Source: Takakia lepidozioides (lineage: Eukaryota; Plantae; Bryophyta). Taken from it: 64,000 nucleotides of DNA. The stretch spans positions 82,956,001-83,020,000 of the forward strand of contig CM060732.1 of assembly GCA_030704615.1 (NCBI GenBank), written 5' to 3'. Made by a program: the position numbers and the translations under genes. Position 1 is the stretch's first letter. Each line of letters opens with the position of its first letter. The notes beneath the pieces were generated by a model. That model made no database searches and was not told the origin of the DNA. It worked only from the letters and a program-made list of their open reading frames with translations. This document shows positions 37,701 through 52,554 of this stretch, one piece after another.

Positions 37701-40104
37701 CATAGCCACTCCACTATTGATTTGGAAATGATGGGTCTTGGGGCAAGCAAAATTGGATAAAGCTAGGTTTTGATTTGGTCAAACCTATTTCTTTCTCACT
37801 TTTTCTTTGAGACCTGATATTTGAGGTCCGGGCCAACGCTATAATCTCACAATTTCCATGGTGGACTTGGCTCATTTTTTGGTATGTCATGCATAAATGA
37901 GCTGGGCCCATTTCTATAAGGCTGGAATCTCTGGATGATTTTTGGTAGGTTTCTAGGAGCAATTTACTGCAGCTGGGTACCCAAAATTGGTAAAAAGTCA
38001 AAAAAAGGCTTGGGAACTTAAGGGATAAATTTAGTAGCTTTCTAATTGCTATCATTTCATAAATTAACTAAGATTACATAGCAATAACTAACTAAATAAA
38101 TCAATCAATGATATGGAGCTTTAGAGTGGATAGTACTGTAGTACCAACCTGTTGCAATAGTTGAGGGTCCCAACCCAACGTTTTGAGTTTTTGACACACT
38201 TATTCCATCTGTGTTGGGACTAGAACCGGGAGCTGTAATTTTGACGTCTTGCACATTGACTCCATTGCATGTGTCGAACTTGAGATGTATTTGGGGACTA
38301 TTTTTGAAGCTAATCCCATGGACTGATATTGAGTTGCTTTGCCGAAATCTCATCAACTGTGAATGATCATAGAGAATACAATGACTCCTTATTATAAACT
38401 CTTTCAGACTCAATGATTAAATGCAAGACTACCTAGTTTCCCATATATATTTTAATGGCTTAATAAGTATTAATATTTTAATTATTAAGTAATAAAAATA
38501 AATATGAAAAATATTGTGAGGCAAAATATTTCTTCTTAAATATCATTATTTTCATGCTAATATTTTCAATGTTTTCATCATTCAGATCTATGTTGCCCAT
38601 GATGTATTGTGTTTATATGAGATCAAGGCATTGATGTATTCTAGATCGGCCTTTGAATAAATATAAAAGGTGATCCATATACTGTTCCAATTTTAAACAA
38701 CTATGTAGTGAACCTTCATTGTGTAAACTCACAGTGGGTTTGTTGCCCGACTGCGACTTGGACCACCAACTTCCACCCTTTTCCATAAAATGAACCCGCT
38801 CCTTGGACAGAAACTGAAACTTGATCGAAAAGTATCCAATCAAGCGTCATATGACTCCTGGATTTTGGTGGTGCCACTACATTTCCATCAACCTGTATCA
38901 AGTCAATAAGCACAAATTTAGCTTCAACTTGATATGTGTGTGTGCGTGTTTTGTTTTTTTCTGTTTGTTTTTCTGGCGGGTCCTCTTGAAATCAAATTAT
39001 GTGAAAAATTAATCGTAATATACACACCGAAGGATCCAACTTTTCTAATATTAAAGGACAAAGTTTAACACCTCATGGCCAAGTTACTACAACACTACTA
39101 TGGAAGAGGCTATTTTCTCATCTCATTGTAATTAAGGGGTAAGCGGCTAAGTCCTGGGTGTTTGCCTTTAGAAAAAAGAAAATAGAGAAATTATGCGTTA
39201 TTCAAAGTTATACATATTTTGAAATTTGATCTTCCACATCATTTCGTAATAATGCAGGCAGTAATGATTGAAAAATTTGTAACTATGAAATGTAAATGTA
39301 AGGTTAGAAAAATGCAAATAATGTGAGTCAGTGATTTTTTAAGAAAACAAAATTTGGTGTTAAGCAATAAATTGTTTTCAATGTTTTGCGGTTTGTAGAT
39401 TTGAGCATACCTGAAGGATAAGACTGAGGAGCAAGGACCTTGGAATGTAATTGCATCTACAAGATACGTAGAGCCTGCGGAAACCTCCATGGTGGAACCA
39501 GCCTTACATGCAGCAATCCATGTTCGCTTGAAAGCCTACAATATACAGTAAACCCAAATTGAGCCCAAACTCTCCCTCGGTTTATATAAGCTGAAAACCA
39601 TGACCAATTTGTGCAGTGACATATCATTACATAGATACAACTTAAAAATCATCTACGCAAGATTAACAAGGTGGATATGGACACTTTGAGTTTTTCAAAG
39701 TCTGATTTAGGAACCCAACATACTCACATTCTTAACGTTATTGAAATGAATGTACTGGGAGTGTACCTCTGTATCATCAGTTGAGCCACCGCCTACAGCT
39801 CCATAGTCTCTAACATTGAATGTCATTTCCACCTTGGAGTCCGGTCGTCGAAACAAATGCATCCATGAACCCGTATTTACTTTGAATCTAGTCTTGTAAA
39901 GATCCATGGGAAAAAAGAAGACCTATCAACAATATCTGATGAAAGTGGTTGATTGCTGTTGACATTTACTAGAACATCTGCTTCATTAGTACGCTCTTAT
40001 GATGATACGGTGTCTGCATATAACCGAATGCAGGTAGTGGTATGAGCTAGAGATAACAATAGCAGAAAGCTTAAGGAGACGGCCAAAGAAAAGCACGACT
40101 TCAT
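34727..40104 (-). pseudogene. Polygalacturonase (GH28) pseudogene
   Basis: Exons approx. 40104-39767, 39535-39411, 38892-38733, 38356-38149, 37078-36180 (split by a TE), 35802-35694, 35485-35369, 34954-34727. FNVRDYGAVG, SPNTDG, GVRIKTWQ. Premature TAA and frameshift in exon 1, frameshifts in exons 2 and 3, GDDC reads GDC, CGPGHG reads CGPRHG. Confidence 0.92.
36234..37045. mobile_element. Non-autonomous hAT-type element inserted in a polygalacturonase exon
   Basis: Perfect 8-bp TSD GAGCGGAG (36226-36233 and 37046-37053); TIR CAACGTCCGGG vs reverse complement of right end CAGCGTCCGGG; no transposase ORF. Confidence 0.92.
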
Positions 40105-40714
40105 CTTTGCATGTCACAGATAGCTGCCTAAAAGGTCGGTAGTGTTTTTCATCAACAACTAAAACTCAATTCAATACTCTTACAGTGAAGCTTCAAATCA
40201 TTGAATTCATTAGAATAGATAAACTGAATGTAGTAGATAGCATACTAGATCCCCTTCAAAGTAAGCACACAGAAGCCAATAAGAAATACAAAAACTTATA
40301 AGTATCCCATGGGAAAGTGACAAACTTATAATCTTCTAAGGGAAATCATCAAGTACAAATACCTCTACAGGCAGACCAGGCCGATATGTATGTGGACTAA
40401 AGATGGGGCTAGAATTTGGGTATTGACGATAGTGAAGGATTGCATTGAGCAAGTAGTGAGATGAGGCCACCACACAGGCCAGTTTGTGACATATGCCGGC
40501 GTTGTCCATCTAGCAGAGATTTGCCCAGTGCCTGCACCGCCACCTTCCCAACCTAATTATAATTTTGTCTATTTTATGAAATGTTTTTTCTACACTGCCC
40601 ATAGTAGCAGACGAACACAAATAAAATATTTCGGTGGATCTTATTTGACAAGAAACTTTTCCATCCAGGCCCGAGCTGGAATTCGAAGTGCCCGGATCTG
40701 GCTTGGGTTCGAAG

Positions 40715-41423
40715 GATAATGCCTAGATGACAAAATAGATTATTCCACATATTTAGAGATGAATGGATGTACTCTAAGAAGTGGCTCATCTTATTCATGC
40801 TTGGCTTTGGTTTAAAGTTACCGTAATGTGACCAAATGGATTATTTTACATATTTAGATGATGATGGATGACACTTTAAGTTCTCTCTGACTTGGGATTG
40901 AACGATAATGCCTAGATGACAAAATAGATCATATTGAATATTTAGAAATGGATGGATGATACTCTAAGTTCTCACTCTTATTTAGGCTCGCTTGGGATTG
41001 AACGATGCCTAGATGAAAAAATAGATTATCTTACATATTTAGATGATGATGGATGATACTTTAAGTTCTCACTCTTATTAAGGCTCGCTTGGATTGAACG
41101 ATGCCTAGATGAAATAATAGATTATTCTACATATTTAGAAATGGATGGATGATACTTTAAGTTCTCACTCTTATTTAGGGATTGAATGCCTCGATGAAAA
41201 AATAGATCATTTTACATATTAGAGATGGATGATAATTTAAGGTCTCACTCTTATTCAGGCTCGCTTGGGATTGAACGATGCCTAGATGAAAAACAGATCA
41301 TTTTACATATTAGAAATGGATGGATGATAATTTAAGGTCTCATTGAATGATGCCTAGATGGAAAAACAGATCATTTTACATATTAGAAATGGATGGATGA
41401 TACTTTAAGTTCTCACTCTTATT
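40715..41423. repeat. Tandem repeat, ~97-bp unit, about 8 imperfect copies
   Basis: Unit approx. GATGCCTAGATGAAAAAATAGATYATTTTACATATTTAGAAATGGATGGATGATACTTTAAGTTCTCACTCTTATTTAGGCTCGCTTGGGATTGAAC; CCTAGATG at ~40722, 40911, 41008, 41104, 41281, 41353. Confidence 0.9.
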
Positions 41424-42021
41424 TGAGGTGGTGGCAAGGGATATAGTGCAGAAGTTGGAACATGATTGATGGTCTTGACGTTGTGTAGATCTTAGTTCAG
41501 TTTCACTAATGGATATGAAGGTGGTGAAGTATGCAGATGGGAAATACTGTAGGCTTCTAGGGGTTAAGAGTTAGGAGTCTTGCAGTTTTCAAGCAGCATC
41601 TCAAGTCAATTATATCCTTTCAATATTTGTAGGCACTCTGCCTACTCCATCCATTCTTTGGTTAGAATCAAGGTGTCTGGAAGAGACTGGAGAAGACACC
41701 TACAGTTCACCATGACAGTTAACATCACCGTTTTCCATTTTGTTCTTAAAAAATTCCACTTTGCAAATAACCCAACGGGAAAAACTGTAAAACTGCATAC
41801 GTTATCAGAAACCAGGAGAAACAATTCAGTCAGTCAGCAAGTAATTACAGGGCTTACAATGCTCAAAGAGTAGGTACACTCAGCCCTCACCAACATCTTC
41901 AGGGCAGTCCAAAACTTACTAGAAAGTCTACTGAATTGCATTGAAGGCATGCTAGAGATATTCTGGGCAGGCTAGGCATTAAATAGGAGTGCTGCTGCTT
42001 CTGTTCTCACCACACTTCCAC

Positions 42022-45000
42022 TCAACCTGCAAGACAGGCATTGTGTGGGTCAGAAGTCAGAACCACTCAAGCAACACTTTTAATCCAACGCTACTTATGA
42101 GTCTACCATTCCATATTTCAATAATGGTGAAGATGCCTGACGACTGACGAGAAATTTTGTTACAGGTAAAGCGTCAAGCAGTGGCCCCCGTATGGAAAAG
42201 AAACAAACAATTAACAAAGCAAGCAACTGCACCTGAAGCCTATACAGAATCAAACCTCGACAATGGCACACCTGATTGATCAATTGAAAAGGATTTCCAG
42301 TTCATATCTCACCAGGGATCCCTGATTGCATCAATGCCACCCTCATTACTGAAGCTTTCTACTTGGTAGAAAAGCTGTAAGCACAGAACCATAAAAGATG
42401 AAATCTCATGAGTTGCTGTTATGAACAATTTGGCTATGCTTACCCGAATCCCGTACTCCGGCTACATTCCCTTTCCACGCCCACTCTTGTGCCGATAACA
42501 TTGCCTGCACATCAGTTCAAAAATTCCACAGTTAGGTCAAGTCTCTGGAGTGGTTTCCTCATTAAGGATTCCATATGGATGGTACCATCACAGCTGCAGA
42601 CCAGGGTCAAGGTTTCTCTCAAAATGGCGAGACCCCTTTGCACTAGTGGACCCTAACCACTTCGGCTGTGGTCCTTCAGGAAAATAGGAGACGAAATGAT
42701 TACCAAACAGGCAAGGGTATCTTTCAGGGTCTTGTCTGTGGAGTCATCAATGAATGTAACAAACTTGTTGCCACCAGGGGTCCTTGCATAGACATTTCCT
42801 TTGTGCCAAGTGATTCAACTGAAACCACTGGAACTCACTCCTCAACAGATTACATGAACTCGACCTTTCTCCTACAGGCACAAGGGCAGAGAAGAACAGT
42901 TGATTGTTGCAGCTGCACCCATTCAGGAGCTCTGGTGTACCCACAGAAAGCTGGGCACCTCAAGAACTAGACCAGCGAACAAATGCAGTTGAATAATCAG
43001 GGAAGACTACTTTAGTTCCCAAAGCTTTCTGCTGCCCACGTACACATGGGAGACTCACACTCTTCCGTCAACTTGGTCCTCAAAGCTGAAAGCCTCTGCA
43101 AAAGATTGGGAGTCTCTATCAACCTCGAATCTCACAGGTACCCACACATTCAAGTAAACAGTTGACCGGGACCAATTTTATACCTGTTCAAACGTTGTTT
43201 GACACTTATAGCCTCTTCAAGCCTTGTTGGTCACCTTCGTTCAATGGGCCCTTGGGTGGGACTGTGTACACATAAAAAGGTTCCATTCTTTCTTTCTTTA
43301 CAACAAAACATTTCATTTCGTTTCATTTCACTTCACTTCATTTCTTTACAACAAAACTGCAGTTCTATTGGGAGACATTCTTGGTCCGTGCAGATAGATT
43401 CTCGCGGCCCAATCACCTGTCAGCAGCTCTGTCTCCCTCTCTTCTAAGGGCATTGGGGAGGTTTAGAGTCTACGGATAGAGACTGTATGTGGGACAACCT
43501 GCAACGTGAGGACAGCGCCAATGCCCTGCTCGCACTGGGAACAACAGGGAAATTGAAGGTGATGAACATTTCTCTTATCACTGCACTTTCGACTATGAGA
43601 TCCAATTGTCTATTCCATGATACCCAATCTCTTACAGGGGTCTTCCATTCTGAAGATCGGAAATGCTTGGCACATTACCTGCATGGGGCATCAACTCTTA
43701 CACAATCCCTTGAGCAATAGTTGCTTTTGGGCTGCTTGTGGAGGGCCCCTCCCTCTTCAAGGTTCATTCTTGCTTGTCCCAGAAGCAATTTGAGCTTTCT
43801 GTGGACATTACAAAGTACCAATTCATTTCTTTAGGGTTCCTGGAGAGAGAGAGAGGGGGGGGGGGGAAGGGGGAGGATGCCAGCCACTATACCCACAAAG
43901 GGCAAGAGGCAATCAATTATCCACAGTAGTTTTTGAGCCTTTACAGTATCACTCCTCAAAAGTACTTCTCCTTAGCTTACAAAATAGTGACTGGTACTTT
44001 AAGGCTCCTTTCCTTTCTGGCATCTTTTCCCCTCTTGTAACAATCCTGTATCCTATCATTCTTGACAATAGGTGAAGTACGGGCATAGTCAACTCATTAA
44101 ACCCATATTACTCTGACAACATCCAGATGTCGGTTGAAAAAGTTGTGATCATGTGATGATGACCATTTTAAGTCTTTTGTATTACTTCTACAATGTAGTA
44201 TCCGAAGAAAACTCAAACAAACAACGAGCAACCCTGGAAAGAATCAGATCAAGAGTTTTGCATGTACCTGTTGAGTAAGCTGCTCAACTGACCCATTAAT
44301 TGATTGAGGCTGTCCATAACTTAGGCCCTACAAAAACAATGGCACCCACACAGGTTGGAGCAAGTAGCTACATTAGCACTACAACACAATCAAATCGCTG
44401 AAAGAGTTCCACAGAATTTGTCCAACCTGAATAAGATCCTTCAGAAAGCAAGGTGGGAGTGTCACAGAATACTACTGTGTGGTGAAGAAACAAAGAGAAA
44501 CTACTGCAAAACTATGACAAAAACTCATGCAGAAAGAAAACTAGATTGAGGCTGCTGATGGTCAGAAAGCTGTCAATCAAGGAGTCCACCATACTTAATC
44601 CACCTCATGAGCCTTCTTTTTCAGTATGTACTACTTACAAAATTATAAACCCACCACTAAAAAAACTCAACATGTGGCCTTCTAAAAGCTGCCAAACCAG
44701 GTATCTGCAATGGCTCTAGAGATCTGGGCACATTGGAAGAATAACTCAAAGTGGATGACTAGACAGCGCTGGCTAATAATACTCATAAAACTGTTGAAAA
44801 GAGGTTTCAAGGAAGTTCAGCCACAAAAATTTACCTGGGTTGGATACTGTGCGATGATCGCAGCACCTGGGTATTGCTACAATCAGGTGACAGAGGCACC
44901 AGTTTTAAATTCTGTCAGATAATTCTAGCCACTGGGCTTGGAATCGAAACATAAACCAGAACCTGTACATAGTAACCTCACGAAGTTTTGGAACACACAC

Positions 45001-48000
45001 AAGTTTCTTGAAATATGGGTTTATAATTTCCTAGATGTGAGACGACACCCAGAGACACTGCTCTAGCTTAGGAAATTATGTCAAGAGCATACTCTGAAAT
45101 AGACACGCTCAACACTGTGTTTGCCCCCGCGTACTTACCACTGACATGTGTCATTAAATAGAGACATTCATGAAGAGGAGGTATATGACCTACACCTACC
45201 ATTTTCATGAAGGCAACTACTTACAGGAGTTGTCATCAGTGAAGTTTGTGCCTGTTGCTGTTGTTGCTCATAAGCATTAAGCTCCTGTGGCTTCTCCCAC
45301 TGCCATATCCCATGAAAAAAGCCTTAGGCTAACAAACCATCCTTTCGAGCAGAATTCTCAGTGCCCTCATAGGAAAAGACAGGAAGGGGCAAGAGAGAGA
45401 TATACTTTGCTCTCTCCAGTGCAGCTGTTGTAGTAGTATTTGTAACCCTCGGGAGATGTGTGTTCTGTCCAGTCACAGGTTACTGGTGGCTGGGGTGGCG
45501 GAGGAGTAACTGCTGATACTGCTGTCTGTGGCTGCTGCACTGGGAATATCCAGGTTGGCTGCAAGATTAGGTTGAAAACACATTATTCCTATCATCCATA
45601 TACATTTTCGCTTTGGACCACAGGTACTTCATTCAGCACGTGCCCTCAAGCTGCTCTATATGTTCAGGTTTTCCAGCCTGATGGAAAAGCCTACAATATG
45701 GTAAATGACTGCAATCCTCGATGCGCAAGACAATATCAGATGTGTTCAGAAAGGCCATGGCTAAACACTAATTGCAACCTCCAGTCAATGACCAAGAACC
45801 ACAACAGGTGCGTTGCAAGAGAGTAGAACCTGTTGTTGTTGTTGAACAGGTTGTGCCACAGGGACCTGGTAATACATCTGCAGAGGAACACTAAATACAA
45901 TTAAATGAGTGTAGAGTTACCACTGACTTACACCTCCGACGTGAAGTCCATGCCAACTTAACATTGGCCCATCTGCAACATACTAAGAGTAGTAAAACAT
46001 TGAAGAGACACCATAGTTTTTACTGGCTTCAGCAGAAGTCCACCCCGTTATTTCCCTCCTGATTGTTTGACAAATGTGCTCCGAGGAGAGCAAATTAATT
46101 CCTACAGTAATCACCAACGGAGTTGATATTTCTTCTGGAATTGAACCTCTCTCCTGCTCCTCTTTCTCCCTCCATCTCCCACCCTCACAGGACAGGCACT
46201 AGCAAGTAAAAAAAGGCACTGAGAGTAAGAACATTGGGAAATAATTGCACAAAGCAGGTGACAAGATATGACCGGCTGTGGTTGTGACTGCTGCATTGGT
46301 TGAGGCTGCAGCTGGCTGGGCAAAGATTGCCTCTGTGGCTTCTGTTGGGACACCTGTGGTGACGGTAGCTGCTGGTGTTGCTGCCCCTGCATTGTGATGT
46401 GCTGCTGCTGTTGTGATTGCACTTGGGGTCGCAGAGAAGGGATCTAAAACAGACATCAACATCTCACTCAATCAATCCTTCTTCCACCATTCTTCTATTT
46501 TAATGGTGTACCGGTTTTTGTCCCTTATACCAAGTGCAAGATACTATACAAAAGAACTAATAGGATTGCTTACCAAACTGACAAAGTCCACTTGCCAGGG
46601 AAACACATGAAAACTGCGGATGCTTGAGAAAAATGGGATAAACCAACATAACACTTGCAGAACATAGTACGTAGTACAATATATTGAGTATAAAACACAT
46701 TGATATCCACAAGAGGAGGCAAGTGGGCAAACCTGCTGTTGGCCATAAGCCTGTGGTTGCTGCTGAGAGAGGGACAACTGTCCGTAATGCTGCTGCTGCA
46801 GTAGCTGAACTGCATATGGTGGTTGCTGCCGTTGTGGGGGCGGCTGGTAGTACCCTTGATTTGTCTACAGACCAAGAACAAGCGTGTAGACTTGTCAAAT
46901 CTATCCTGGTTAGAGGAGGGCACAAAGGATTCTAAGCAAAAGATGTCTACTCTTGAAGGATGTAAGGTGCCTCCACTCCTCATTGCATATTGTACTTCTC
47001 ATCCAATAAAAATCAAGGGAACAATTGGAAAAATCATCGAGTAATAGGAGGTCAACTTACCTGTTGCAGCTGTGGCTGTGATAACATCCCTGGACCAGCA
47101 ATTTGGCCTTGGAGAGTTATGGGTGCTTGAGGCTGGCCACTCATCATTACACCTTGTCCATGTCCTCCCACCATACCACCCTCCATTCAACAAATACAAC
47201 ATGTAGGAGTGTCAAAATGAGTTAAAAACTATCTGAAGAAAGAACCTGTCATCTCCAAAAAAGCATTTTGCAGTTCATTTGCAGTTTAATGTTCCTTTTA
47301 TGCATGAATTTAAAAAACCAGCATCTTCTTCAATTGGTGGCCAAAGATTTCTTGAGGGATTCTTAAGCAAATTTTGTTAATGAAATAGCCCACTAGCAGA
47401 TGTGGAAGAGTACAAATAAACCAAACAAGAGGATTGCAGCACCTCAGTAAGGGGCATTTCTCTTAGTTTCACTTTAGATGCTCTCTTGCACTAGCCAAGT
47501 AGGTCACAGTGCCAGTCAGGAAAGCTGGGAAAGTAAAGGGTGAACCTATCATGGAGTTTAGCATCTTACCATTTGTGGGACACCAGCAATAGGTGCCCCT
47601 CTTGCACCCATAGGCGCCCCATGTGGTGTTGGACCACCCACTTGAGGGGCAGGCCCTGTACCTGTTCCTCCTAAGGGTCTCCATCCAAGGGGCGGACCAC
47701 GAACAGCCACGTGTCCCATCTGGGCCTGCCTTGGTCTGGAAAACCCCATCAGACATGTGAGCACAAAATGGAAGCTAAATTGATCATCATTTAGCAGCTT
47801 GTATTTAGGAAAGTCATGCCAAATCTTCACTCAGGACCTGAAGGAGGGTTGGACAAATGACAGGCACTTGACCCATAAATTCAATGCCAAAAAAGTTGAA
47901 AAACAAGAAACATCCAAACCAAAAAATGAAGTCCATTGACAATCTAATATATACCTGGGTCCGATTGATTGTCCGGGTCGTGGAGTAAATCCAGGCCCCC

Positions 48001-51000
48001 CAAAACCAGGCCCACCAAACCTGCCATCATAACTCACCCCAACATATTCAACACAAAGTATTTGCGTAGAAAGACAACACATGAAGCATAATACAATAAG
48101 AGTGACCTCTTGCTCATCATGAATATTATGCGAAATTTAGACCCCATGCCTAGTGGTACCGCACTTGTGCCATAGACATCACGCATCAGGAGCTCTTGGA
48201 CGAAGGTGCTGCTAAAAATTCTCACCTTGCTTCATTAGAAAAAAGCTGTTGGACAAGGTTTGCCAAGGGAGCATATCCTGCCCGCTAAATGCAGGCCTTT
48301 TGTAGGATTTCCAGGGTGTTCCCCTAGAAGACAGACATTCTCAGCTGTTGCAGCGAGACATTTTTGGCATCTAACGACCTATGCTAGGAAAATTTGATTA
48401 CATCACAAATTATACTAAAACCTCTTGTCCAACAGATATAAATGACGAGTATGGGTATTACAGTAATGTTGACCTTTTGTAATGCAGATTAATGGGCAAA
48501 AACGGGCAAACAGTTCCTCCAGGACTCTCTGCCAACCGTATGGGAACACTCTTGCATCTATAAACTCCTTGCCCTCGACAGAAAACATCTGTACATAACT
48601 AAAAGCCATCTTCAAACAACAATCTGACCTCTGAGAGTTTTCCTGGGATAAAAAGAGAGGGAAAATTAAAAAGGGACAGACCTGGCATCAACCCCCTTAG
48701 GTCTCTTAGGGTCTGCGAACCGTACGGCCAATGGTTGATCACAACCCTGCATAAGTTCAAGCATGACGACATCAAATTATAATGCTCAATCGAATCTGCA
48801 AAACTTGTGGAAAAGGACTGTTTCTTTGCCATTTCCAACCAACCGGAGCCAGCAAAAACTAAGAGCCTCTTTTAAACAAAGAATTGGCAGCCTCCAATTA
48901 CTGAGGTGAATCTTAAAAAAGAAACTGAGACTGTGTCACCTATTCTGTAAGATTGCTCCTAGATGCAATATATAGAAGAACAAACTTGGAATTGAACATT
49001 ACTGAAGAAGTGATTGAACATGCAGCCCAGAATGTAATAGTGAGCATGTTAACAAAAGGTACTCACAGGCATGATGTAGATGGCATTTAAGGCATTGATT
49101 GCTGCTTGTGCCAGTTCTCTTGAGGGATACTTGATGAATGCACAACCTACATCATCTCAAAACAAGTCAGAAGCTGAGACCTAGAGCTATACAAGGACTC
49201 GTCCAGATCCTTGGCTAAGTTACGACATATGTTATTCCTGCTTCAACATACACACTGCATAGGTACATCTATGTGCACCTTTATCTTATTTCAGAATACT
49301 CTTGCTCCAAACCAGCAGTCTAGACTTTCAGCAAGTAAGCAAAAGGACCAGCCAACCAAGGACATGCCTTTAAAAACCTTGTTTCTAATCTGAGACCATG
49401 ACTTAATCCAAACCATGGAGGTCTAGCACCCTTGTTTCTTTCAGCAATGCCAAAAATGAAAACTTTGACCATACCTCTGCTCTGTTTCTGCTCGTCACGC
49501 ATAATGTATACATCATCAACTCTGCCATATGGGGTGAAGAGCTGCACCCAGAGTAAAAAGGTTTGCTTCAGAAACCGGAGCAGAAAAAGATCGCAACACA
49601 GACACAACCAGAAAGCATGTGATTCCTTTCAACTACAGGAGCTCTTATTGTCCCAGATTCATGCTCTGGACCCTCTCGACGTGAGAGAGAAGAGAGTAGT
49701 AAGTTCTGCAGCTGCTTCTTCCCAAATGCAGAAGTGCAATACTGAGCACCATGTCTCCTTTAAACTGTGAGAACAACTGATCTATGGCAACAAATCTATC
49801 TACTCTCTAGCTCTTCTTGTAAATACTACTGCATCCTCCACCATTCTGAACCTTAGCCAGATACAGTCATAATAGTTTCAATTCCATTTGTCATTACAAG
49901 AACTATGCCTTTCATGCATTGCTAGAGATTTAACGACATCACATCTTCTATCTCCTTCTCGGATGCTTGCTTGTTAAGGGAACCAACGAACAACTTATGC
50001 TCCACGGCACCTACATACAATTGCACAAAACCACCATACACCACACATCAACAAAATTTTCTTCCTACATGCAATAACAGGACAGCTTACATGTAGTCCA
50101 ACTCCACAATCAAAGCTCACCATTGATTTGCAAATTCCGCAGTTCGGCCTTAACAGATTACAACCAGTTCACATTGAATGAGAAAGAGGGCATGCATGAA
50201 GACCATTTTTAAAGCAATGGCATTACATACTGTTTTCACCCCTCTCCCTATATCTATAAATATGCTTGAAGCCGAAGTCGAGACCTTGTGATTACTCATG
50301 ACAACAATTTGAAAAAAACCAGTCTTACAGAACGGCAATGCAGGACCACTACCAAGGCGCTCACGCTCTCCATCGGCATAGCGAACTTGCACTGGAGCTG
50401 TGCCCTGGTACGAAGCATTGCAATTAAAACAATACTCAGAACTCCAGCCACTCAGAGTCCCACTCTGATGAAAGAAGACAGAATAAATGGAGCACAGGTA
50501 AGGACGGTGTCAAACTGTAATAACTGCTTATAAATTCACATACAACACTGAAGGCAATACCCCTGGTAGAGTGCGTTGATTGTTAAGTGCCCTTATTGCC
50601 CTCTCTGCCTCTTCACCTGTGGAGTACTTGATGAAACAACAGCCTGCACAGAATCAACCCACAGACTACCATTCATAACCAAGAGTTTACATCATAACAA
50701 CCAGGCTAGATATTTCCAAGACACTCCTATTGGCATATATACTCTCATGTGCGATGAGGACTCTTCCAATATCTCCCTCTCTTTCTGACTCATAAAGGTT
50801 CTTTCTTTGTTTAGTGATTATCTTTGAAGGTTAGTCCCAAAACTGGAGAGTGAGAGGTAGTGTTTGTTCCAAACTGGGACACGGGTCTATAGGCACAAGG
50901 CTATGTCAAACGCCTCATGAGTACATTCTACTGGTTATATTTCTTCTCTCCCTCAAGGTAATGAATGAGGAAAACTTTAACTTTAATCAATTTCAAAAAT

Positions 51001-52521
51001 TCATAGGTAGGTCTTAACAGAATGATTTCAAGGCAGCTTGTTGTCAGCAGAGTTTCGCATTTAAGTCGATCAAGAACAAAAGACAATGTGCCGTCTATGA
51101 GTTTGATAAAGAAGCAGACTAATAAAATACATTGCCTGACAATACAGATGATAACATTGACAACATGTATCCCCGTCAAAAACATCCTATGCGGAATAAT
51201 ATCAGATGAACAGCTGTGCACCTACAACATCAGGAAGGCACATAAGTGGCAAGGTGAATCATTTCCAAAGTCAATCTCCAGGGAGGACACAACATTTAAC
51301 TCAGAAGTCCGATATTCAATCAACTGAGACACTGCAACACAACTAAAAGTCTAACAAAATTGAATCGTCCACATCAAAATCATCCTATGTGAGAAGCAAT
51401 GTCCTCTCAGCTCTGACATGTTCAGCTTATAGCGATGTGGATAAACTCTCAGATTCAATATCATGTCCAAGATAGTAGCATTCCACTTGGAAGAACCATG
51501 TGAGATCGTGCACACAATGGTGCCACATAAGACACACAAGCAATACTCACTCACAGGAGCTTTTGTTGCCTGGTGTGTATGATGAGGCACGCCACCTGGC
51601 ACCTTTCATAAATCCGAGCCCAGGGCCACGTCCGCATAGTGACATCTTGCAAATCGTACCTTGTCCATGTGGTGTGAACCTCCTACCAAGTCAAATGGAA
51701 GGCTAAAGTCTAGGCTGGAGCAATCGCTGCGGGTCTTGGCCGAGCAGTGATCTGTGAACAAATCGGTTGAGCGAGCATAGACCCCCTCAATTAGCATGGC
51801 TGATTAGTAGCATGGCTAAAGCATTGCCATCCATAGTGACACTGTATAGCCATAGGGGAATGTTTCACCACCAAGCATAGGATACATGCCATCCACACTT
51901 TTTCATGTGCAACATCATGAGAAGGAGATGGACCCTTATTATGCATTTCAGGATGCTTCACTATGATGCAAGAATAACACTGGTTTGCCATCATTCACAT
52001 TGCTCTGAATAACAATATCCAAACAAGCCCCCCAAAAAATGATCCGGACACATTGGTCAAGTAAGGAGAACCACACAGTCTCCTGGCTGGATTCAATGGT
52101 CAGAGTCCGATAATAAGACAATTCTTAAAGAGAAAAATGCAAAAGATTCATCCTGGTAGGAGGTCAAGGTTGCGAATTCCAGAAGCTGACCTAAACTACC
52201 TTCGAGCTTGAATGCCATTCCAAACCCTTCCACTCCCCCCCCTCACTCTCTCAACAGTCTGACAGAAATTAAAGCAGTCACATTTGTGGCATCAATTGAG
52301 GAGCAGTTCTCATCACAGCCTCATGCTCTGTGCTTGGATGTCAAATATAGAACATAGACTAGTTGTAACTAGATTTCTGTGCTGTTTTCTAGGGATATGT
52401 CATATTTTAGGCTGAGTATCATGCTGGTGGTTGACACTCGGGGACCTGCTCGGACTAGGCCCAAAAGCACTCATCTTAGCCAGTGTTTGCAGTGATGAGT
52501 CATCCCTCTCTCTCTTCTCTC

Positions 52522-52554
<33 letters not shown>

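Noticed and set aside
37240-38050. Additional MITE in a polygalacturonase intron
   Set aside because: Repeat-like composition, but no TIR/TSD pair could be fixed.
40715-41423. CRISPR-like array
   Set aside because: Whole units repeat with no unique spacers; eukaryotic context with no cas genes.
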